Part shown: positions 51,459 to 61,900 of the stretch, in pieces
How positions within the stretch are numbered: the first letter of the stretch is position 1
Layout: each line of letters starts with the position of its first letter
Assembly: GCA_030248215.1 (NCBI GenBank)
Contig: JASANG010001881.1
Span: forward strand, 62,001-126,000
Length of the DNA stretch: 64,000 nt
Source: Enoplolaimus lenunculus
Lineage: Eukaryota
Reading direction: 5' to 3'
The notes under the pieces: model-generated
Seen by the model: the letters and a program-made list of their open reading frames with translations, nothing else
The model's database searches: none
What the model was told of the DNA's origin: nothing
Program-made: the position numbers and the translations under genes

Positions 51459-54141
51459 ATGAATCGGAATGTATTGGTGTTAGTGGTTATTTCAACTTTT
51501 GTCTCAAGTAAGTTTAAAATTATGAAAATTTATAGTTTTTAGATTTACAATGAAAATAATAAACGAAAATAACTGAATTCCTAAGCCAAGCAAAACAATT
51601 AGTCTAAAGCTGAAGCTTACGCTATTCTAGTCCCATAGAAAAATTCTCCGCCCCTGATCTTTACATGGGCCAAAGTTAGAAACAACTTACTGTACTGACA
51701 CAACGGTTACAAAATACAAAAAATGTCACTACTGAAATTTACTGGACCTCCAGGAATAATTCTACCGGAGACGGAAGTCGATTTTCTGCCAGAGTCATTT
51801 ATACCAAAACAAACGATGATTTTATGACTAAAACAATGTATAATACCTGGCTTATAAAATCAAACCTCATACGTGTCGTATGTTCTCGAACCTTTATGCA
51901 GATAAAGAATCACAAATTTTTTACCCGTGCTGTAAAATTCTTTACCCTCGGGTATACCCAACTCAAAAATTACTTACCCGACCCACGTTTACTCGTGGGT
52001 CCCCGGGGTCGCGTGCAACTCTGCGCTGACAAATTAGATTCGAAAGTGGCATGCATAGACTATTAATAATTTATAACTTTGGCCATAACTCTTTATAATG
52101 GTATAGAAGTAAGTACCAAAATTATACTTAATATGGGCCAAGTTTTCGTTGTCCCATATCCGGTTCAGGTTCGCTCAGCCGCTTTTTGCCACAAGCCAAT
52201 TTTAGGTTTTGTGTCATTAGTGTATTTCAGACGTGTTTGCGTTACGATGTTACGATTGTAATTCAATTGAAAATATTGATTGCAAAGAAATAATCAACGG
52301 TCAAACGGAGCTTGTCGCCCAGGAATGCCCCAGACATTATACCGGCGGATGTAGAAAAATTGTTCAAACAGGTATTTCCGGCGGAGGTACCGTGGCCAGT
52401 GCCAATGTTACTTAAGGGGCGTAGCAGAACCAATGTTACTTTAAGGGGCGTAACAGTAGATTAAGCGTATTCCTAAGCCTATGCGTTGCAAAATTATGTT
52501 TCTAAGCATAAACCTAAGCATAAGCCTAAGCAAAAAAAGTAATATAGAATCTAAACCTACTCTTTTATAGACTTACCAGAAACCTGGACGCCCTTTAAAG
52601 TAACATGGGCCGTGGGCAGGATCTTACAAGTTGACAAAACACTGGCATAAGGGGGGGGGCTACCCACACCAAGTCCCCTCAACAGTGATCAAATCCGAAG
52701 CTTTGTATTAAGTACTAAAATTGCAAGTTGCTTTTTCACGCTTTTTAGTTCGCAACGGTCTTTTTTCATTGTTATATTTCCCACTGCCCCTCGTCAAAAA
52801 TTTCTGGATCCGCCACTGACACCGTAAATACGAAACTTCAGTCGTCTTGGTTTATTCCTCCAGCAGCGTTCGCCCAAAACAGTTCCATTTCGAAAAAATT
52901 ACATATTTGCGCTTCTCGTGAGCAAACTGTATTGACCCGAATAAGAGGGGAGTAATAAGAAAAAGGGTCCCCATTTTGAGTACCAATCAGTAGGAGTCCG
53001 TACACTGCAAAAAATGGTGAGTCAAATTGTCTCCCTCCGAAATAGACTTTTCCGGACTACACAAACTGAGTCAAAGTTTGACTTCGCCGGAGTCAAATTC
53101 GACTTAATGAGTCGCTCAGTGAGTCAAATTTGACTCTGGCGGAGTCTAATTTTGACTCAGTTTATGAGTCCGGAAAAGCCTATTTCGGGAAGAGTCAATT
53201 TGACTCACCATTTTTTGCAGTGTATCCCTAATAAGAGTCCTTAAGCGGATAGAGTCCCTAAACCCTAATTAGACTCCATAAATGTCAATTATTTCTAATT
53301 GTAGCGCATAAAAGACTCAGGCCCAAATAATTTGAGTTCGAAACTTTAAACTATATATCGTTCCACACTGCTTGTGTGCTTTAATAGTCAAACGGTGCTT
53401 AAATTTTCTTCGTCAACAAACTGGTTTACGAGTTAGTGTTATAACACTGAGGCACCATTACAAATGGTTCGTTGACGTCCAAATATTTTTCGACCATAAC
53501 TCTGGAGTTCGTTTACACCTTGAAGAAAAGATAAAACGTCTACTTATACTCGAGTTTCTACGTTAATAATTCATTTATGAGTTGCTCAACTTACAAAAAA
53601 GACGTGAAATGTTCTGTTCAAAACACAAAAAAGGTTTAAAATAGCGATTTATTTTTAATACGGCTCACAAGCAATGCAATCAATGTAAAATTTCACTACG
53701 CTTCTACTCATATCCACGGGATCAACGCAACATCGAAACAGTGAAGCAATCCTTAATTTGACTGCAGTTGCAGGTACGCAACATTTCGATTTGACTCAAT
53801 ATTTTTTGCAGTGTCGGATTTCAATTTTGGCCAATATTCACTGTTGGCTTTGGCTTAGGCTTATTTTAGAAATTAGGGTCATTTTTGAGGCGTTTAGGCT
53901 AAATAGTCTTAGGTTGAGCCATTATTTTGTTTGAGGTCCTCAATTTGAAAATCGAGTTATACGCCAATGTGCCAAACACGCAGATGATGAAGATTATGTG
54001 AAACGAATAGGAAATAATGGAATTCGAGAGTTTATAACATATTGTGGAAGCGACGAGTGTAACTCGGCGAACCGCCTACGAAATGTAAAAACTATTTGGA
54101 TATCGGTGGCTTTGATTTTAGTTTTGTGTAAATTGTTTTAA
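51459..54141 (+). CDS. Ly6/uPAR three-finger (quiver/crooked-like) GPI-anchored protein, 3 exons, 131 aa
   Basis: Exons 51459-51507 (signal peptide MNRNVLVLVVISTFVS), 52231-52371 (LRCYDCNS...DC...EC...GCRKIVQ) and 53936-54141 (RVIRQC...C.SDECNSA plus a hydrophobic GPI-type tail). Phase 1/phase 1 introns are typical of Ly6 genes. Confidence 0.85.
53003..53222. mobile_element. Palindromic CACTG-ended MITE, TA TSD (CMC/EnSpm-like), subfamily GAGTCAAA; other copies 15038-15245, ~20457-20579, 32136-32969 (interrupted), 58694-58912
   Basis: TA|CACTGCAAAAAATGGTGAGTCAAATTG...CAATTTGACTCACCATTTTTTGCAGTG|TA. The element is near-fully palindromic. Confidence 0.85.
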
Positions 54142-55978
54142 AATTAAATTTAAGAGTCGTATTTTTTACCGTATCAACCGCATTGATCACCAGATACTAA
54201 TAGGTTTTCAGACAAACGAACTACAGCAGCTAGAAAATGCAGGTACTGTGTAGCGGTCAGCAGTACAGGTCACATCGGTTGAAATTTGTCGAATTTCAAA
54301 TCTTATCATTTTTTTGGCTTAAAGCTACAAGAATAATCACTAACTGTTGATTGATGCGGACTATGTAACATTTGGGGCCGTAACAGTAGATTAAGTGTAT
54401 TCCTAAGTGTAAGCCTAAGCGTTGCAAAAGGGTTTTTCTAGACCTAAAAGCCTACGCCTAAGCCTAAATAAAAAATTGTAGTCTAGGATATAAGCCTACT
54501 CTTTTACAGACCCGACAGAAACCGGGACGGCCCTAAAAGTTCGCATCATTTATGTACTACAATTAGAGATAATTGACATTTATGCACCCTAATTAAGGTT
54601 TAGGGACTCTATCAGCTTACGGACTCTTATTAGGGATACGGACTCCTATTGATTGGGGCTCAAAATGGGGACACCTTGTTATTATCTCTTTTTTATTCGG
54701 GTCACTACAGTGCGTACGCAGTTTAGAAATTGTACCAACTAACTTTTTACTTCTATAATTTTATGCAAGTAAAAGATACAAAAAACTTAAATTCTCAATG
54801 ACAGGTAAAATGCAGTTGGTCATGTGAGCCAACACCGGGAACCAGAATCGGTTCGCAAGTTTAATCTCTGGCACAAATTTCTTCAGAAACCAAAATTTTG
54901 CAAGTTCGCTTGGCCAATGTTACTTTTAGGGCCGTAACAGTAGATTAAGCGTATTTCTAAGCCTAAGCTTAAGCGTTACCAAAATGTGTTCCTAAGCCTA
55001 AGCCTAAACCTAAGCCTAAGCAAAAAAATGTAATCTAGAATCTAAACCTACTCTTTTATAGACCCACCAGAAACCTGGACGTCCCTAAAAGTAACATGGG
55101 TAGTCTTAAAGTACAATCTTAGCAACCCTAAACACAATAGCTTGCAGCGATTATTTACTGTTCTTTTATTTATTTATTGATTGTTTATTTATATACTAAA
55201 TATGTATATACCAATGTATATTTTTTGTTTTGTCTTTAGTGTTTTGTATAGTTCTTGAATTAAAAATAGCTAGCATGGTCTTGGTACAAAGTAACTTTTA
55301 TTTTGCGCCTCCAGAAACAGCCAACCACCGTTAAACAGTCCCATGATACTTTGAGAGCGTACAAGCTTAAGCTTTAGCCTAATTTTGTTATTCGGGCTCA
55401 TAGGCCATGCCATGATTTTGGTTTGTAGGAAGACCCAAAGTTCATACTAGTAAGGGCCCATAGATCAGGGGTGGAAAGTTCTCTTGTGATAGTAGAAAAG
55501 ATTAAGCTTAAGCTTTAGACTATTTTTTGCTTGGCTTAGGCTTAGGCTTAGGCTTAGGAATATGCTCATTCTGATTACGCTTAGGCTTATAAATATGCTC
55601 ATAATACTGTTCCGCCCCAATATCAAACTGAATACCTACGATAAAATTTAAGTATTGGCACGTTTTCGTGCAGATACACGTTTACACCTCTCAAACCACC
55701 CCTTGCAGGTCATTATGGCGTCTTTCTTATCCACCGAGGCCCATATGATCTGGGCAGACCTTGTTTGGTTCGCCATGATCCAGTTCTTATTACAGAAGTC
55801 CTGCTTACTATGAAAGTTCGTTCAATTTTTTCTCGAATTTAAGAGGGTAACAGGAATTTTTCGGGCGTAAAAATGTTTCGATACCATAGAATTTATCAGA
55901 TTTTGGCTCAACAAATATTCTGATTAGGATGCGCTAACATTCGTCGCTCTCACGTAACTCCAGCTTGGAGTCAAATAT

Positions 55979-58900
55979 TCAACTCAACGATTGATCTGTA
56001 TCAGCTGCGGCTAATCGTAAATAATACGACCAGTAGATAATATTAAACAGTACGAACGATGTTGGAAACACGTACGCCGACGCCAAATCGATATTTTCTG
56101 GAGTTAATAAATTTTTAAATTTTTTTAAATTTGAAAATTTTTTAAAAAATTTTAAATTTTTAAAATGAATAAATTTAATTTTTCTCAGTCGACAAATTGA
56201 ATTAATGTCGTCAAAACTGTTGTCGTAATCTGGAACTGATCGGGAGCGATACGAAACCAAATGGTATAAAACTAGTGAAATACGTGACAGGAGCCCAGAA
56301 GACGGTTGAATCTCGTGTCCTTTCGGTGACTCCAAAAACGGACCAGGACAAATCAAAGGGTCGGCAACTTCTAATGGTAAAATACGTCCCGTGTTCAAAG
56401 GTTGGGGTAGATCAGCCACTTTGATCTCGTCGAATTTGTCAGTCATCTCTGATGTAGGAACATTCTTTGGACTCGATACCAGGTCCAGTTGCGGCTCTAC
56501 ACTGTCATCCTCAGCGTCGTCTGAACATTCTGGCAAATCTGGTTTGTTCTCGCGAAAAGTTTCGATATTTTTTGCCAAATTCGATCTTTGATGTTTGCGC
56601 AATTTGCAATGCTGCCGACTTCTGTGACGAATTGTGCTATGGTATCGGGTACTATGATTAAATTCGGTAACTCGCTTCCAAACTTGGCTCAAACTTCCTT
56701 GATGTCGCCGATGCTTGGTTGAATCATTGCTTTTATCCTCAGCATCAGCGTGGGAAATTGCTGATTTCCCACGGTCGTTGTCATCAGCGTGAGAAACTTC
56801 AATTTTCTTATATCCGTCGTTAGCAACGCAGGAAATTGCGATTTGCTCACGGTCCTCCGTATCGTCTTGAGTCTGAGAGATATCACTTTTTCCACGATCT
56901 GGTGTATCATCGCCAACTTGAGAAACTTCGATTTTCTCACGGTCTTCTTTGTTGTCGTCATCGGCGTGGGAAATCGGAATAATCCCACGATCACCAGTCA
57001 TGCTTGACCGATACACAGACGTGTCGTAAAGTGGGACAATGGCGCGGTTTTGAAAGTTTATATCATACTGCCACATACGAGAAAACTTTTGTGACTTTAA
57101 ACGTTGAGACGAACGGATATGCCCTGGCGTAGACGGATCAGGCCAATGTCGAGTTAAATGCCCGATTATTGCTAATTCAACAACTGAACAAAATACAAAC
57201 GACATGCAACCGAGCATCCAAACGTCTTAAAAGAAGAATAAAAATTATTAGCTAAGTAATTAAATAAATTAGTTTTAAAGTTATTGATAATTAACATTTA
57301 GCAATAGTTCTTAATCACTAGTCAGTTATAGGTTTTTTAAACTTGATTATACCAAGCGTGCGTTATACTCTTAACAAAGTATGCAACTGGGCACATTCTG
57401 TGTAGAAAACAATGTATACTGCGCGCGTTGCATTTTTGGCGGACCCCCCTTACTAGGGGTGGAATCAAAATTTTCAGTAAACATAAATATGTTGCATTCC
57501 CATATGTTCATACATATTTCGTTTATATTCTTAAACGGTCGAAACAATATAATGTGCATTAAAGCTGAAATCGACCCCCATAAACAAGGGGGGTAAGGCG
57601 AAAACGCAACGCGTGCTGGTACATTTTGTACCATTCACCGCCCAGTTCGTAAGCTCGCTTTCGTTTAAGATCATCCACTCTTGATTATACTGAATCAGGT
57701 ATTAAGTTCACATTTGATAAAGATAAGGGAAGGCGGAGTTATACTGCAATAAATTTGAAACATAATTACACAGTTAGGCATAGTTTTAAGTAGAATTAAA
57801 TGCAATATATATGTATATACACTGTAAATTTCAGTGAGTTGATTTTAACTCAGAATGAGATGAATCACTCAGTCTGAGTTAGGACTATCAGAACTCAGAA
57901 TTGTGAGTTGATTCAATAAATTCTGAGCTAATTAAACAACTCAACAACAGTCAACTCAACTCAGAGCAAGAATCAAGTCAACTGAGAACGAGTTAATGTG
58001 TACTGATATTAACTCAGAAATTACCAACTCGCTAGCTGGATTGATTAATCAACTCATTGGAATTTACAGTGTACATTTAATGATTTGTGTATTAACTTAA
58101 TTAGTTTTTGTAATGACTAGAAAGCAGCTTATTTCTCCACTTTAGCACTGCAATAATTTTAAACCTTTTTAGTTAAAATTAGGAATAATTTTGATTGACC
58201 AGCTATTAATTAACGAAAAACGTTTCTGTTTTTTATTTTACTTCTTTGTAACATTGAATAATTACCAAATTAGATAGTGAGTATAATTTTACTTATTCAA
58301 AGGATAAACTGAATATTTAATTGCGTTCAATAATAACCCTTATATCTTCTCGAGTCCCCGAAAACACTTACCGTCTCTCAAGCCGACTTACCAATCGCTT
58401 TAATATAGCTGACTCTGGGTAAACTTCGAACAATGTTTCCAAACTGAAAACTCAACGCGAGCAGCGAGTTTACTCCGAGCATGGTACGAGCAGGGATGGC
58501 ACGAATACCCAAACAAAATGAAATCCATGATATGAAAATTGATAGATACGTTGGGACGTACGCTTGCAAAATGTACCATTCGTAGCGACGTTTGAAGGTA
58601 AATCGAAGTGTTAACTCATCCCATTGACCAGCAGGATAAGTCTGAAAATAGAACTTAATATAACTGGGGTAAAACCATTGATTATGCCGTAGTTACTGCA
58701 AAAAATGATGAGTCAAATTGACTTTCTCTGAGATAGGCTATTCCGGACTACACAAACTGAATCAAATTCGACTCCGCCACAGTCAAATTCGACTCAGCCG
58801 AGTCGCTCAGTGAGTCAAATTTGACAATGGCGGAGTCCAATATGACTCAGTTTGTGTAGTCACGAAAAGCATATTTCGAAGAGAGTCAATTTGACTCACC

Positions 58901-61900
58901 ATTTTTGCAGTGTAAAATCTATTATAAAAATACAGACTTGACAAATACTCTGTGAGTTTGCAGTAAAAAACTTCGGCCCATGTAAAAGATCAAATGCTGA
59001 ACGTTTTTCTATGGGATTGTAATGAAGTAAGCTTAAGCTTTAGAGTAATTTTTTTGTTTAGGCTTAGGTTTAGGTGTGAACGCGTTATTACGCTTAAGCT
59101 TAGACTTAGTCTTAGGAATATGTTTATGCTACTGTTACGACTTTATAATCAAGAAAAATGCGGTTAATTTACAAAGACTTTAGAACCGGATCTAAAACTT
59201 ATATGGGGCGGTGGCCAAAATTTTTTCAGAGAATGCCTCGCAAACCCCATCTGGCTTTGTTCCGGTTACGACGCACGATAAATATCATTTGCATGTTGAG
59301 TATTTCGTCCAATGTAAAGAACAGTGGCGGAATAGTATATGAGCATATTCCTAAGCCTAAGCCTAAACCTGAGCCTAAGTCTAAGCCAAACAAAAAAATT
59401 TAGTCTAAAACTTAAGATTACTCTATTGTAGTCCCACAGTAAAACGTTCCGCCCCTGATCTTTAAGGGCCAATATTCTCAGGCTGTCCTCGTCATAATTT
59501 GTACAAGGTTCACTTACTCGAATAGCAGATAAGTTTTCAAGTTTCATCAAATAATAATCCGTCAGCGCAAGAATTCGACGCTCTTTAGGCTGACCTTCTG
59601 CGTTATCTGTGATCACAGACCAATTGGTGAGAAGTTGCTGTAAAATTTACATTCAAAAATTCGAATTCATTTGAAACCAACTCTGACAAAAAAGTATATT
59701 TCAACAGTTGGTTTCGGCCCAAAATGTTTATCATTCAAATATTGATACACTGTAAATTCTAGTGAGTTGATTTTATCTCAGAATAAGTTGAATCCAGTTA
59801 GAAGCCTGAGCGCTGAATTAGGTTTCTCAGAACTCAGATTTATGAATCGATTGATCTCGTTGTTAGTTAATTTATCAGCTCAACCGGAATTAAATCAGCT
59901 CAGAATAAGTTAATAATTACTGTTATTAACTCAGAAATGACCAAAAATAACTAATTCTCTCTCTGAGTTGATTAATCAGTGTATCCAAACAGTGATCTAC
60001 TAGGGCCCGTAGCCAGAGAGGTGACAGGACGTGGAAGAATTTTGCGCTCCCCAAGAAATGTTTCAACCTTGCTTGTAAGTCATGCAAAAGCCCTGTATGT
60101 CCATCCTATAAATGTTTAGCGCCCTCTAGCAAGAAGATCTGGCTGCGGGACTGGATTTACTTCTAACGGCACACGCTTTACAGGTCTACAGCTTTTACTT
60201 CGTCTGAGGACTAATTTTAAGCCATGTTTCGAACTGTATTAGTAATTTTTGGTCATTTCTCAGTTAGTTGCAGAGCAATTCCGGGTGAGTTGATTAATTT
60301 ACTCAGAATGAAAGTTAAATCAATTCAGAATTCTGAGTTCTGAAAGACCTAATTCAGAACTCAGGCTTCTGAGTTCATTCAACTCATTCTGAGTTAAAAT
60401 CAACTCACAAGAATTTACAGTGTATATACATTTTTTGTTAATTACCGCGTATCAGGTATTATTTCGGATACACAGTTTGCACTCAGCTGCTCATAGTATA
60501 TTCTAGACAATCACAGGCCAACGCGCCATTAACAACACTATATCCTTAACAAAAACGACAAATTACACTTTAAATTTCAGTGAGTTGATTTTAACGCAGA
60601 ATGAGTTGAATCACTCAGTCGGAGTTAGGACTATCAGAACTCAGAATTTTGAATTGATTCAATTTATTCTGAGTTAATTAATCATTTCCTTTGGAGTCAG
60701 CTCAACTCAGAGTGAGAATCAACTCTACTCAGAGTGAGTTAATGTTTGCAGATATTAATTCAGAAATAACCATCTCGCTAGATAATTTGATCAATCAACT
60801 CATTAGAATTTACAGTGTAGGCATATTACTATTTCTGTTTGATCTACAAGATTCGAAACGTTAGTGCTTTACTTAGCCTTAAGCTTCTAATAAGCTTAGA
60901 ATCTCTGAAACTACACAGTTCTGAGAATCGATTTCTATCCGGAGCTGGAACCGGAGATAGACATCCGGTTATACCTTGCATCCGGTTGATAATGGTGTTG
61001 CTATTTTTTGTAGCTTCTTTTACCTGTAGCAAGTTTACAGGTGCTTGAGGATGCCATCGCATACGCACGTATTCAATGTTGTAATTGAAGCTTTCAAACA
61101 CCAGCCAGCAAACGTTTCGATCCAACGGAAACGGATACAAGTCCATTTGGCATGGCCCTCAAATCAAAGTTTGGTTCTTTTTATAGTTAACCTCAGCCAA
61201 TCAAAATATACATAGCAACCAAATCATTGCGATTTTCGTTGTTTCGCCATAAACGTAAGCATGGCGTCTATGAGGGCGGAGTTATTGGCTTTATAGATGT
61301 AAACAGATCTTACGGGAGGAGATTTAATAGAAATCATCAGTAATTTGGCCCATGTTACTTTTAGACGCGTCCAAGGTTTCTGGTGGGTCTATAAAAGAGT
61401 AGGTTTATATTCTTGATTGCATTTTTTGCTTTAGGCTTAGGCTTAAGTTTAGAAATACGCTTAATCTACTGGGCACACGTAAAGATCAGGGGCGGCACCT
61501 TTTTTGTGGGTCTGCAATAGTGTAAGATTAAGATTTAGACTAAATTTTTGTTTGGCTTAAACTTAGGCTTAGGCTTAGGAATATGCTCATTCTTACGTTT
61601 AGGCTTTAGGCTCAGGCTTAGTCTTAGACTTAAGAATATGATTATAATACTTTTCCGCCCCTGTTCTTTACATCGGCCGGTGTTTTCAAGCTTAACCCTT
61701 TCTCACATGAATATTTTCTATTTCCCCTGAGACCTACTTTTATGCTCGGATTCGAACTCCAGTGACTGGAGTGGGAGGCGTATACCATCACCACTCAGCT
61801 ATAGGAGCTTGACGCTCGAGCCCGAGGGGGCTCTCACGTCTTGTAGTGATTTAGTACTATGCATCCGGTGTTGCAATTGTTAAACACGGTGCGATATACA

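Noticed and set aside
60844..61023. Coding extension of the Cys-loop exon (VKEATKNS...)
   Set aside because: It follows a CAG|GTAAAA donor, runs into repeat-like sequence and a stop, and a phase-compatible next exon exists.
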